Part shown: positions 46,975-57,453 of the stretch, piece by piece
Layout: each line of letters starts with the position of its first letter
Numbering within the stretch: position 1 is the first letter of the stretch
DNA from: Vicinamibacterales bacterium
GTDB taxonomy: Bacteria > Acidobacteriota > Vicinamibacteria > Vicinamibacterales > UBA8438
Assembly (NCBI GenBank): GCA_965205435.1
Contig: CBDBHJ010000005.1
Span: 12,658-76,657, forward strand
Direction: 5' to 3'
DNA length: 64,000 nucleotides
The notes under the pieces: model-generated
The model's database searches: none
What the model was told of the DNA's origin: nothing
Seen by the model: the letters and a program-made list of their open reading frames with translations, nothing else
Position numbers and translations under genes: made by a program

Positions 46975-48201
46975 TGCGACGACGCAGGTTCAGCAAGCAA
47001 TCGCTCAATCTGCGAGGTGATCTCATGCTGCGCCTCGGTGTAGAAGCTCCCGCTGGCCGGGCTGGGGAAGCCGGCGTGCACGGCACGCACCCGTCCGTCA
47101 CGACCGAGCATGAATGTGGTCGGAAACGCGTTGAGATTCACCGCTTGGGGTACCTTCTCGGCAAGCTGGTCCGGCACGCCAGCCAGTAAGACGGTGTAGG
47201 GCAGGTCGTACTTCTTGATGAATGCTCTCAACCGCGTGGGGTTGGCCAGCTGCTCTTCGTCCTCGAACGAGAGGCCGACGATCTCGAGCCCCTGGTCACG
47301 ATAGGTCTTGTAGAGACTCGAAAGAAACGGCGCCTCATCGTGACAGTTTGGGCACCAGCTGCCGGTGATGTTCACCAGCACGACCTTGCCATCGAATCGC
47401 GGATCCTCGTGTGTCACCGTCGTTCCATCAAGGTCAGAAAAACTGAACCGAAACGGTTCGGTGGGATCTGTGACGCTCGTGTGACGCGACGGATCTGTTG
47501 GTTCGTCAAGTTCGGTGGCTCGCGCGCTGTCCGATCGGACGGCGACAAATGTCCGCTGCCCATTCTGCAGGAGGCTCAACGAGCCGTCTTCCATGAGTGT
47601 GATCTCGAGCAGCTGCGGGCGCGCGCCGGAAAAGTGGCTGACCACGAACGTGCCGTCACGATACGAGCCGGTGAGGTCGCCCGTGTCGCCGTCTACGCGA
47701 AGAATCGCGGCCGACACCTCGGCGCCGGTCTGTCGAACGATGAAGCGCCAGGCCTTTTCGCCCTTGCTGCTCTCAGTTGGAATGGTCCAGAGACCGGCGA
47801 TAGATGGCGCATCGGAGCTCGCGGCAACCGACTTGGCCGCCCGAACCGCCCGAAACGCGTACGCAGGGCGGGAACCACGTACGTACTGCCCCTCGAGCTG
47901 TCCGTCGGTATAGGTCGCTTCGATCTTCGATGCGTACTGGTCGAAGGCGAGCACGAGCCGAGTGTTCTCTCGCGTGCCATCTGTCGACGTAATCGCCAAC
48001 TCACCGTTGAAAGAACGACCCCATCACGCGGCCATTGTCCTCGGTAATCTCGAAGGGGAAGGGAATCTCAAGGTCGTTGACGATGACCGTGGCGTCCCAC
48101 CGACCGGCGAGGGAGGGTCCTTGCCCGACAGCGACGACGGCCGTGCCCAGCACCAGAGCCACGACGATCTGATTCCAGCGAACGAAACGCTCGAGTCTCA
48201 T
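46971..48201 (-). pseudogene. TlpA-family thiol:disulfide oxidoreductase with a DUF4369-like N-domain, frameshifted near the N-terminus
   Basis: Thioredoxin CxxC (GSWCPNCHDEAPFL). The N-terminal part (MRLERF...GRWDATVIVNDLEIPFPFEITEDNGRVMGSFF) is in ORF 48001..48273. The continuation NGELAITSTDG... is in the frame of 46971..47999. The switch is at about 48003-48008. Confidence 0.7.
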
Positions 48202-48385
48202 GACGCGATCTCCCTGTCCAACGTGTCTTGACTTTTCACACGGCACGTCGGCCGCTGTCAAGGAGCAGCTCAAACGATGTGGAGCCTATTTGGCCAGAAG
48301 GCGTACAATCCGCCTGATTTGCGTCCATCGTTGCACGAGGGCTCATGGTTCTAGCAGTGCCGGTCAACGCGAGAGAGGCGACGGG

Positions 48386-50360
48386 ATGAAAAGATCTACC
48401 GTCCTTTCGGCGGTGTTGGCGTGTCTCTTGTCGGTCTGGACTGCGGGCCGCGGTGCCGACGAGCTGCGTTCGCAGAGTGTGCAGATCGATGGCGTCAGCG
48501 TCGGTGGAGTCGTTCTGAACACCTCTGGTCGGACGCCTGAGGCGGGGGTCTGGGTGATCGCTGAAACATCCGACCTCCCCACTCGTTTCCGCCGATATTG
48601 TCGTTACCGATGAGCTGGGGCGTTTCGTTCTGCCCGATCTGCCCGAGGCCTCTTATAGGCTGTGGGTCCGCGGCTATGGGTTGAGTGACTCGACGCCAGT
48701 CGCGGCGTCTCGGGGCCAGCAGGTGACGCTCGACGTTGTCGACGCGGCGACGCCCCAGGCCGCAGCGCAGATCTATCCGGCCAACTACTGGCTGTCGCTC
48801 TACCATCCTCCCCAGATTGAAGCGGTACCCGACCGCTTCACGGGTCAAGACCACTGGATCGCTCAGATGAAGCTGAACTGCATGCTCTGTCATCAGCTTG
48901 GCGCCCGTCCAACGCGGTCGCAGACGACCCCCGAGGCGTGGGAGGCTGCGTTTCGGCTCACCGGCATGATGCCGACAAGCGCGGTCGCGCTCGGAGCCGA
49001 TGCGCTGACACAGAGCCTGGCCGACTGGGGCTCGCGCATTGCGGCGGGGGAGCTCCCACCCACGCCACCGAGGCCGGTTGGTGTTGAGCGGAACATCGTG
49101 GTCACGCAGTGGGAGTGGGGGAGGCCTGATTCGTACATCCACGACGAGATCTCGACCGACAAGCGCAACCCGACGTTGTATCCGTACGGACGGGTGTGGG
49201 GTGTGGACCTGGGACAAGATTTTCTGTGGGCCCTCGACCCCATGACCCATACCGTGTCCTCATACAAGGTTCCCACCCGGAACGGGTACAGCGGCCGGTG
49301 GGGCTTCGGCAGTTGCGAGGTGTACTCACAAGTCGCGAATCCACACAATCCGATGATGGATGACAAAGGCAACGTCTGGATGACGACTCAGGTGAGAGGC
49401 GAGCAAGACTACCCGCCCTGGGTGGCCGATGTGATCGTCGACGTGGCGGGCAGTGGTCGTCAGTCGGTCGAGCAGCTTGCCGCTGACTGGGCCGAGGGGG
49501 GTCATCATCGTCAGCTTGGCTACTTTGATCCGAGCACTGAGGCGTTCGTCTTGATCGACACCGCGTTTGGAACCCACCACCTGCAATTCGACGCGGACGG
49601 GCGGCTGTGGACGTCTCTGGATTCGGCCGCGCTGGGTATGTTCGACCCGGCGGCGTTCGACCCAGATCGTCCTCTCGAGACCGAACAGCAGGCGCAGCGC
49701 GCATGGGTCGATGTTGACGAGCAAACGGGGCGCTCAACCGCCGGCGGTGGCTATGGGATCATCGTGAGTCCGGTTGACGGTACCGTGTGGCGAGCCCACG
49801 TCGGCAGCGGCGGCGCCCGTAACAAGATCGACAGGTTCGATCCAACCGCCCAGACCTTCACCGACTATTCCCTTCCGACGCCAGGGCGCGGCCCCCGTGG
49901 CATCGATGCCGCCACCGACGGTTCGATTTGGTTCGCTACAGGGAGTGGTCATCTGGGGCGGTTCGACCCCCAGGCCGAGGCATTTACCTACTGGGAGACC
50001 CCAGGTCCCAAGCTGCACGGCACCGGCGACGAAACCGGAAGCGCCGATTTCCATTACTACCTGTGGGTCGATCAGTTCAACACATTCGGGCTCGGTACCG
50101 ACATCGTGATCGTCAACGGAACGAACTCCGATTCCCTCATCGCTTTCGACCCCGCTACCGAGCAGTTCACGATGATCCGCATGCCGTTTCCGATAGGCAT
50201 GTTCAGCCGTGGCCTCGACGGGCGAATCGACGACGTGGATGCCGGATGGAAGGGGCGCGGACTATGGGTGAACTACGGAAGTGACCCGATTACCCACATC
50301 GAGACACAGATGGGGGCAGTCAATCACATTCAGCTACGACCAAACCCACTGGCGTACTGA
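48386..50360 (+). pseudogene. Carboxypeptidase-regulatory-like domain + CxxCH + beta-propeller protein, frameshifted after the N-domain start
   Basis: MKRSTVLSAVLACLL... GVVLNTSGRTPEAGVWVIAETSDLPTRF is in one frame. DIVVTDELGRFVLPDLPEASYRLWVRGYGLSDS continues in the frame of ORF 48681..50360. The switch is near 48585-48592. Downstream are NCMLCH and repeated ..RFDP..E.FT.Y..P propeller-like units. Confidence 0.7.
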
Positions 50361-50397
50361 TGGGCGAACCGAATGCTCCTCACGCCCCGTCGCTGAG

Positions 50398-50817
50398 ATG
50401 ACTGAGAACAAGACGAAACCGACCTCGGCATCTGTCGATGACTTCATCGCTGCGATCGACAACCCCCGCCGTCGGGCTGATTCACTGACCGCCCTGGCGA
50501 TCTACAAGGACCTGACCGGCTTGCCCCCGGTGATGTGGGGGCCGTCGATCATCGGCTTCGGCGCGCATCGGTATGTCTATGAGTCGGGGCGCGAGGGCAG
50601 TACGCCGGCGGCTTGTTTTTCGCCGCGTAAGGCCAACATGACCTTCTATGTCGGCGATGAATTCGAAGGCGCGAACGCGCTCTACGCCACGCTGGGCAAA
50701 CACAGGAAATCGGTTGCCTGCCTCTATATCAACAAACTGGACGACGTTGATCTGAAGGTGCTGCGCGAGATCATCGCCCGACAATACGCCAGGGTCAGCG
50801 CGAAGGAACCACGATGA
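50398..50817 (+). CDS. DUF1801 (YdhG-like) domain protein
   Basis: MTENKTKPTSASVDDFIAAI...RRADSLTALAIYKDLTG..P.MWGPSIIGFG.Y.Y.Y.SGREG...FSPRKANMTFYV is typical of DUF1801. Confidence 0.7.
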   Translation: MTENKTKPTSASVDDFIAAIDNPRRRADSLTALAIYKDLTGLPPVMWGPSIIGFGAHRYVYESGREGSTPAACFSPRKANMTFYVGDEFEGANALYATLGKHRKSVACLYINKLDDVDLKVLREIIARQYARVSAKEPR

Positions 50818-50990
50818 GCACGCCCTGACCTGTCGACCGTCCAATCCAACGGCTGCCGGGATGGACCCGTCCAACATCGTGCGGTTGAACCGCCGGCCAC
50901 GCGCCAACCCCGGTCTTGCGTTACCCGAGGCTGCTCGTGCTCGCCATCCTGGCGCCTGCCCCGTTACAGCAAACCCTCAGCCGCCGTGAC

Positions 50991-51992
50991 TCACCTCGTC
51001 TCGGCATCGGCCGCGCGCTCGTCGGCCTGAGCGCCGGCGAGGATGTTAAACAGGCCGTAGTTACCTTCGTGACATGCATACTCGTACAGCGTGTCCTCGG
51101 TCTTCGTCATCGTCATTTCGACGCTCCAAGGCTCCGCAAACGCCGTCGGGTCGTTGATCGTGAACTGATACAGCAGCGTGTTGGCGTCGAGGCGGCTGAA
51201 CCGCTCAACCAGAGCGAGATGCCGACCTAAAGCTTCGAGGCGTTCCATGTTAGGCGCAGGGTGTGCGGTTCCAAGACCCATGAAATTCCGGGTCTCGACG
51301 ACCAACGCATCCCCCTCCCAGCGGCCACGTGAGTCGCCCCTCCACTGGCGGATCTGCGAGGGCAGAGGCGGACGGCCGTCCAGCGGGATGAGCCGAACGT
51401 CATTCACCATCTCGTTGAGAATCACGACGTATCCCGGAACCTGAAACAGCTGGACAAAGTTGTTGTACGCGCCGGGCAACATCGGCGGTCCGGAATTAAA
51501 TCCGAGGATGCACCGCTCGTCCACGTCGCGGTCTTCCGGACCGGCGTTCCGGCGTCGCGCTGCCTCGCGGGAGGCCATCCGCACCTTTCCGTCGGGTGCG
51601 TAGCCAGGCAGTCGCCCGTCTGGCGGATCGACAATCAGCGCAGTTCGCTTGGTTCCAGCCACCTTCGTGCCTCGGTCCATCCAGAACTGGTTGTAACTGC
51701 CGGGGTCGCCGGGGCGTGGCGGACGGTCGACCTGACCCGCGGCCTGCGCTTCCAGCGCAGACACGTCCTCCTCGGTCAGGAATTCTTGCCCGGCCAGCGA
51801 GGCGGGTCGTTGCAGCGGTGTCAGGGAGCCATAATCCCAAACACCCTGGAGATCCGGTTGGCCGTCTGGCATACGCGGCACCGACGTCGCGGCGGACGAT
51901 GACGGCTGCGCGGCGGCAGATAGCGGCGCCACTGACACGAGCGCGGTCAGAATGGCGAGAACCCGGACGATAGCGGCACGCTGAACGCTCAT
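50991..51992 (-). CDS. Secreted hypothetical protein, intact paralog B of the YEYACHEGNYG family
   Basis: The likely start is ATG 51992 (MSVQRAAIVRVLAILTAL..), preceded by AGGAAGGGG. GQPDLQGVWDY, YNNFVQLFQVPGYVVILNEMVNDVRLIPLDGRPP, WEGDALVVETRNF, YEYACHEGNYGL. Confidence 0.7.
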   Translation of the reverse strand: MSVQRAAIVRVLAILTALVSVAPLSAAAQPSSSAATSVPRMPDGQPDLQGVWDYGSLTPLQRPASLAGQEFLTEEDVSALEAQAAGQVDRPPRPGDPGSYNQFWMDRGTKVAGTKRTALIVDPPDGRLPGYAPDGKVRMASREAARRRNAGPEDRDVDERCILGFNSGPPMLPGAYNNFVQLFQVPGYVVILNEMVNDVRLIPLDGRPPLPSQIRQWRGDSRGRWEGDALVVETRNFMGLGTAHPAPNMERLEALGRHLALVERFSRLDANTLLYQFTINDPTAFAEPWSVEMTMTKTEDTLYEYACHEGNYGLFNILAGAQADERAADAETR

Positions 51993-52042
51993 CTGAACTT
52001 TCCCCTTCCTCCACCCGCTGGTCTTACGTCTGTCGGTGAGGG

Positions 52043-53048
52043 TCACTCACGAGCACCTGTTTCAGTCGCGAGGCGCTCCTGGACACGTGCGCCACGTATG
52101 ATGTTGAGCATGCCATAGTTGCCTTCATGGCACGCGTACTCAAAGAGCTCCCCCGCGACCTTTGTCATCGGAACAATTGCGGTGATCCTGTCCGTGAACG
52201 TGGACGGATCGTCGATCGTCCATTCGTAATCCACCGTGTAAGGATCGACACGGGTAAAACGCTCGGTGAGGACCTTATCCCTTGACGTACCGAGTGCACT
52301 GAAACTTTTGGTCAGTCCGTTGAGTCACCACCACTAGCGTATCGCCTTCCCAGTAGCCTTTGGAGTCGCCAGACCACTGGCCGATCGCGTGATCGATATG
52401 TGGCCGCCCGTCTAAGGGTACGATGCGCGTATCATGAATCATTTCGGTCAGGATCACGACGTGATCCGTGTTTTGAAAGATCTGTACATTGTTGTTGTAC
52501 AGGCTCGGGACAAACGGTGGACCCGAATTGAAGCCGACGATGCAGCGCTCTGAGAGGCCACGATCCTCAGGACCGTCTTTTCCGATGCCACCCACCACAA
52601 AGCGCACAGGACGTTCCCCTTCAACGTCTGGTCCAAGACCGCCAGCAACAACTTCGACACCTGCGACTGTTGCCGGGATACGCCCATCGGTAGGGTAGAC
52701 GATGTGCGACGTGCGGATGTGATCGGTAATGCCGGCACGCTCCACCCAGAAATCGTTGTAGCCTCCTGGCCCACCTTCTCTCTGAGGCACCGCTTGATCA
52801 GAGGCGGCATCGGCTGCGGCCAATCGGGCCCGCATCTGCGCCACCTCTTCATCCGTCATGAATTTCCTATCACCGAACTGCCGGGGCCGTTGCATCGGCA
52901 CGTCGGAGGAGAAGTTCCAAACACCCTGCAGGTCGGGTTGCCCCCCTTCGGTGCGCGGAGCAACATAGGTGTCGGCTGTCTGACCGTGCAGTGCTACGGC
53001 GGCCACAGCAGCGAAGAGAACTGTCGAGATCGCCTTCGTCATATTCAT
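52043..53048 (-). pseudogene. Paralog C of the same family, in tandem with B, frameshifted
   Basis: ORF 52275..53048 carries the N-terminal two-thirds (GQPDLQGVWNF..., WEGDTLVVVTQ). The C-terminal part (..SALGTSRDKVLTERFTRVDPYTVDYEWTIDDP...FEYACHEGNYGM) is in the frame of 52043..52234. The switch is near 52295-52305. Confidence 0.7.
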
Positions 53049-53241
53049 AGGATTCTCGGCGAGAGAAAAAAATTATAGCTGCAACATAGTGAATCGTGGC
53101 CGTGGAATCAATGCGAGACTTACCTGCGCCTCGACGCACCGTTCGGTCATATCTGCTTGACCGGCGGGGTGGACCTATAATTTGGCGACACTCACGACGG
53201 ACCGACCGATGGAAACCCGGCCGGATGCGAGGAGATGCCTC

Positions 53242-53889
53242 ATGGAGAACTTGAATAGTGGACGAGCAACCGCCGTGTGTTTGGGCACGGCTCTCGTGCT
53301 GATCACCTCGCCGGTGCTCCTTGCGCAGGACCGCATGCCAGCTATCGCTGACAGCCAGATGACAGAGGCGCAGCGCGAAGGAGTCGAGGAATTCAAGGCG
53401 GCGCGTGACACTACAGGCTTCGGTGGACCGTTCGTCCCGCTTCTGAGAAGCCCTGAGATACTCAGCCGTGCGCGCAACGTGGGCGACTACGTCCGATTCA
53501 ACAGCGCGTTGCCCCCCAGGCTCAGCGAGTTCGTCATCCTGATCACAGCACGTCACTGGACACAGCAATATGAGTGGACCGCCCATGCGCCGATCGCAGA
53601 GCGGGCAGGGCTCCGTCCCGAGATCATCAGCGCGGTTGCCGATGGGCGGCGTCCTGACCGCATGGCGGATGACGAAGCCACCGTGTACGACTTCTGTATG
53701 GAGCTGCTGCGAACCCACGGCGTCAGCGACCCGACCTATGCTCGGGCGGTGTCGCTCTTCGAAGAGAAGGGGGTCATCGACACCATCGGGATCAGGGGGT
53801 ACTACTCGCTGCTGGCGATGGTGATGAATACGGCGCGCACGCCGCTCCGCGACGGTGTGTCCCCGCCGCTCAAGGCCTTCTCTCGGTAG
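53242..53889 (+). CDS. Carboxymuconolactone decarboxylase (AhpD-like) family protein, exported
   Basis: Signal peptide after ATG 53242 (GAGGAG SD). LSEFVILITARHWTQQYEWTAHAPIAERAGL is a typical CMD-family helix pair. Confidence 0.75.
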   Translation: MENLNSGRATAVCLGTALVLITSPVLLAQDRMPAIADSQMTEAQREGVEEFKAARDTTGFGGPFVPLLRSPEILSRARNVGDYVRFNSALPPRLSEFVILITARHWTQQYEWTAHAPIAERAGLRPEIISAVADGRRPDRMADDEATVYDFCMELLRTHGVSDPTYARAVSLFEEKGVIDTIGIRGYYSLLAMVMNTARTPLRDGVSPPLKAFSR

Positions 53890-54104
53890 GGGGCCGGTTC
53901 GCAAACGTTTTCGTCCAAGAGGCGGAGGTTGTCAGAGATCTCTGCGTGCAGCCCGACTAGTAGTCACACGTCAGCCAGACGCCATCCGATTCCCTTCAAA
54001 TACCTCGCGGTCTCGTTGATTGCTGGACTGGCATGCCCATTGCCCTACAGGAGGCGAGGCCTGCAGCGATGTAGTCCCACTCCCCGGCGGATGAGAGAGG
54101 CACG

Positions 54105-54338
54105 ATGAATCGGAATCACCTTCAGCGACATCAAGCGATCAGAATGTGGACGGCGACGTTCGTGACCTGCGTCGGAGCTCTCGCGGCGTTGCTCGTCGTG
54201 GACACTGTTGCTCCGATGTTCCTCGAGAACAGTCTGCCTGGGTTCACCGTGAGGCTGGCCCTGGCGACCCTCTGTCTAACCGGTTTCATTGCGGCTCATC
54301 GGCGCATGGTCTCGGTCCAGATCCAACGTCAGGGTTGA
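54105..54338 (+). CDS. Small two-TM hypothetical protein
   Basis: 77-aa ORF with two hydrophobic segments. Weak support only. Confidence 0.3.
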   Translation: MNRNHLQRHQAIRMWTATFVTCVGALAALLVVDTVAPMFLENSLPGFTVRLALATLCLTGFIAAHRRMVSVQIQRQG

Positions 54339-54348
54339 GGGCTCTGCG

Positions 54349-55281
54349 TCACTCCGGTGCACGACGTAGCACCCGATTCCACCACATCACTACGCCGGTC
54401 ACGAGCAGCGCCGGCGGAATGAATCCGACGACGGCCCAGATGGCCTTGGTCGTCTCGTTGCACAGGCCGCGATCACAGCCGGGGATCCCCCGGCCCCCCA
54501 GGCGGCCGAAGTGCAGGTAGGCGAGCCAGTAAAGAACGCGGTCACCTAGTCGATCGGCGGGATCGGATGGGTCAAAGGGCTCGAAGTAGTCGACGGTCGC
54601 TTGGAACATCTCCGGAAAAGAGAGGTAGACGCCTGACACGCCCCAGATCAGGACGAACGGCATGAACCAGAAGCCGAATGCACTGTGTAGACTCCAGTTC
54701 AGTCGCCGCCAATTCGCACGCAGGTCAGGGGTCAGGCTCCGCCGCCAGCTTCGAATGCCGGGCCACCAGATGAAGGTACCGGTGCCAGCGAGAACGATGA
54801 AGAAGAACGCGCCGACGCCGTTGATTCTCCGACCGGTTCGCCCCCCCAGCAGATTGTCATGAAGGTCCAGCATCCATGCCGATACGCGATACCCGACCGG
54901 TAATGGGTCCCCCAAGTCCTCCGCTGTATAGGGGTCGAACAACCGCCGTATCGTCTCGTCGCCGCCTCTGAGCGAAATCTCGACCGCGTGATTCGGTGTC
55001 TCGCCCATCCGAACGTTCGTGACCTCGTACTCCGGGTAGATTCGTCGCGCGGCTCCGGTCAGTGCCTCGGGCGTCAGAGACTCACCAGACCCGACAACGA
55101 CCGTGGGCTCGGGCGAGAATGCACGGAACAGTTCATTTCGGTAGACGAGCACGCTGCCCGTCACGCAAATCATGAGGAGATACAGCCCGATGCCGATTCC
55201 TGTCCACAGATGAATCTGAAAGATGGCCCGTCGCACCCACAGAGTCTGGGGCGCTCGCATCCACCGATCCCACACGATCAT
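54349..55281 (-). CDS. PepSY-associated TM-helix protein (PiuB-like)
   Basis: The likely start is ATG 55281 (MIVWDRWMRAPQTLWVRRAIFQIHLWTGIGIGLYLLMICVTGSVLVYRNEL). LHFG and C-terminal TM segments are typical of the family. Confidence 0.75.
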   Translation of the reverse strand: MIVWDRWMRAPQTLWVRRAIFQIHLWTGIGIGLYLLMICVTGSVLVYRNELFRAFSPEPTVVVGSGESLTPEALTGAARRIYPEYEVTNVRMGETPNHAVEISLRGGDETIRRLFDPYTAEDLGDPLPVGYRVSAWMLDLHDNLLGGRTGRRINGVGAFFFIVLAGTGTFIWWPGIRSWRRSLTPDLRANWRRLNWSLHSAFGFWFMPFVLIWGVSGVYLSFPEMFQATVDYFEPFDPSDPADRLGDRVLYWLAYLHFGRLGGRGIPGCDRGLCNETTKAIWAVVGFIPPALLVTGVVMWWNRVLRRAPE

Positions 55282-55475
55282 GTTCGTCTCCCTCGTTTCC
55301 GTTGAATCAGCCTTGGGTGGTCCACGAAGCGTAGCCCGATATTGCCTTCGCGGGTAGACCGGATCGATCGTCGCTCCGGTGACTGGACGGTCCGCCCGCA
55401 CGAGGGCGTCGGTGTGTTGGTGTAATCTTGATCTCTATCGAGAACTATCCACGACCTCAATCAGGACGATCGACC

Positions 55476-57137
55476 ATGACGCTCAAGCTGCGAACCCTGG
55501 CCACCTTTCTCGTTGCGGCACTCTGCGTTCCCACGCTGCACGCCGAGGTCGCATCGGTCAAGATCACCGAGCGGCATCTTATCGAGGATGGTCGCCAATT
55601 TGGCGACACCGGCTCCTACGAACAGATCGAGGGTGAGATCACCTTCGCATTTGATCCTGCCAATCCGGTGAATCAGGTCATCGTCGGCCTGGATCGCGCG
55701 AAACGGAACCGGAGGGGGATGGTCGAGGCGACGGGTGACTTGCTGATCATGAGACCTACCAACTCGCAACTGGGGAACGGTGTGGCGCTGATTGATATCG
55801 CGAACCGGGGCCGCCTGGACTATGTGCTTAGGCTCAATCGCGGCGGCTCGGGGCCGTATGGTGACGGTTTCCTGATGCGCGAGGGCTACACCATCGTCTG
55901 GGTTGGCTGGGAGTTCGACGCGCCGAGCGAGCGTCCGATCCATCTCGATGTGCCGTCGGTCGACGGCTTTCCCGTCGGCGGTCTCGGTTTTGCCGCCGTC
56001 CGTGATGCGGCTTCGTGGATCAAGCACGAACCCGAGGCCCTGTTGAGGGCGGACCACACGCTCGCGTTCGGTCATTCTCAGAGCGGCCGCTTCCTGCGCA
56101 CGTTTCTCTACCTGGGATTCAACACCGACGAGTCCGGACGTCAGGTCTTCGACGGCATGATGCCGAACGCCGCCGGAGCGTCGCGACTCGACCTGAACCG
56201 GCCAGGCGCCGATCCGGTCTCGCAGGGCATGTTCACCGCCACATCGTTTCCGTTCGCCGACGATGCGCTGCGCGACCCCGTGACAGGTGCCGTCGACGGG
56301 ACTCTGGGGAACGACCGAAGTCGAGGGCACCAGCCATACATCTTCTATACGAATACGGGAGTCGAGTACTGGGGTGGCGGCCGTGTGGCGTCGCTGGTTC
56401 ACTCAACGCCTGACGGCAAGAACGATGTCACCCCGCCGGACAACGTTCGCGTCTACTTTTTCGCCGGTACGCAGCATGGGCCCGGCGCGTTCCCGCCTCC
56501 ACCGGGCGGCAACCGACAGGAGATGGGGAACCCCACCGACTACTGGTGGAGCATGCGGGCCCTATTGACAGCGATGAAGGACTGGGTCGTCCACGGCGTC
56601 GAGCCACCGCCAAGTCGGCACCCCCGGCGGGCTGACGGCAACCTGGTACCACCGGCGGAGGTCAAGTTCCCGTCGATACCCGACGTTCGCTCTCCCAGCG
56701 ATCGGACCGCGGGCACCCGGATGGCGAACGCCTGGCTGAACGATAGGGGTGGCGAAGAGGTGGCGCTGCCGCTGTTCGTGCCCCAGACAGACGTCGACGG
56801 CAACGAGACCGCCGGTATCCGTCATCCCGAGGTCGAAGTCCCGCTGGCCACCTACACCGGCTGGAACTTCACACATCCCGACGAGGGAGATCCCGACACA
56901 CTGGTCGCCCTCGCCGGGTCGTACATACCGTTCCCTGCCACACCCGCCGAGCGCAATCGCACCAACGATCCGCGACTGTCGATCGCGGAGCGCTATGAGT
57001 CGCGCGAAGACTTTCTCGGCCGGATTGAGGGGGCAGCACGAACGCTCGTCGGTCAGCGCTACCTGCTGGATGGAGATCAGGCTCGTATTCTCGAGAGAGC
57101 CGCCCAGCACTGGGATCTGCTGATGGATGGCAACTAG
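55476..57137 (+). CDS. Secreted alpha/beta-hydrolase-domain-like protein (tentative)
   Basis: Signal peptide (MTLKLRTLATFLVAALCVPTLHA). Candidate nucleophile elbow FGHSQSGRFL. The stop TAG (57135-57137) coincides with the TA at the left edge of the MITE. Confidence 0.5.
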   Translation: MTLKLRTLATFLVAALCVPTLHAEVASVKITERHLIEDGRQFGDTGSYEQIEGEITFAFDPANPVNQVIVGLDRAKRNRRGMVEATGDLLIMRPTNSQLGNGVALIDIANRGRLDYVLRLNRGGSGPYGDGFLMREGYTIVWVGWEFDAPSERPIHLDVPSVDGFPVGGLGFAAVRDAASWIKHEPEALLRADHTLAFGHSQSGRFLRTFLYLGFNTDESGRQVFDGMMPNAAGASRLDLNRPGADPVSQGMFTATSFPFADDALRDPVTGAVDGTLGNDRSRGHQPYIFYTNTGVEYWGGGRVASLVHSTPDGKNDVTPPDNVRVYFFAGTQHGPGAFPPPPGGNRQEMGNPTDYWWSMRALLTAMKDWVVHGVEPPPSRHPRRADGNLVPPAEVKFPSIPDVRSPSDRTAGTRMANAWLNDRGGEEVALPLFVPQTDVDGNETAGIRHPEVEVPLATYTGWNFTHPDEGDPDTLVALAGSYIPFPATPAERNRTNDPRLSIAERYESREDFLGRIEGAARTLVGQRYLLDGDQARILERAAQHWDLLMDGN

Positions 57138-57300
57138 TGGCCTGTATCGACTGAATCAGTACCGTTCGCCGGGCGGGGCATCCCGTCTGACGGCGTTGCT
57201 TCTCGGTCGAATACGGCCGGCATGCTCCCTCGTCGCGCCTTGCCAGGCGGGCGCCGCGCGCCAGCGACCGCCACTGATTCAGTCGATACAGGCCACTAGT
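57133..57300. mobile_element. MITE-like non-autonomous element (168 bp) with 28-bp perfect TIRs
   Basis: actagtggcctgtatcgactgaatcagt at 57133-57160 and its exact reverse complement at 57273-57300. There is no coding capacity between them. A TA dinucleotide lies at both edges. The TIR start gtggcctgtatcga resembles the IS630 TIR gtgcctcgtagcga at 59305. Confidence 0.6.
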
Positions 57301-57453
57301 GGCCTGACCGTTCTCGTCAGAGAGGTAAAGCCGACCCGAACTGTCGTCGATTGCTTGTACAGGGAGGACGCGAACCATGCTCAGAGCCGTCGTGCAACTA
57401 CTCTGCACCGTGATCGCGGTAGCGGTCTTGACGCTCGTGTTTTGAGGCCGCCT

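Noticed and set aside
52870-53904. 344-aa minus-strand ORF overlapping paralog C and the CMD-family gene
   Set aside because: It is antisense to the AhpD-like gene and overlaps another supported gene. It has biased composition and no motifs.
55461-56402. 313-aa ORF antisense to the alpha/beta-hydrolase-like gene (similarly 17081..18052, 30291..31241, 35375..35875)
   Set aside because: Each lies opposite or across better-supported features, with GC-driven open frames. 35375..35875 would cross the IS21 terminus.
56869-57408. 179-aa minus-strand ORF running through the MITE
   Set aside because: It spans both terminal inverted repeats and the 3' end of the opposite-strand gene. Its composition is shadow-like.
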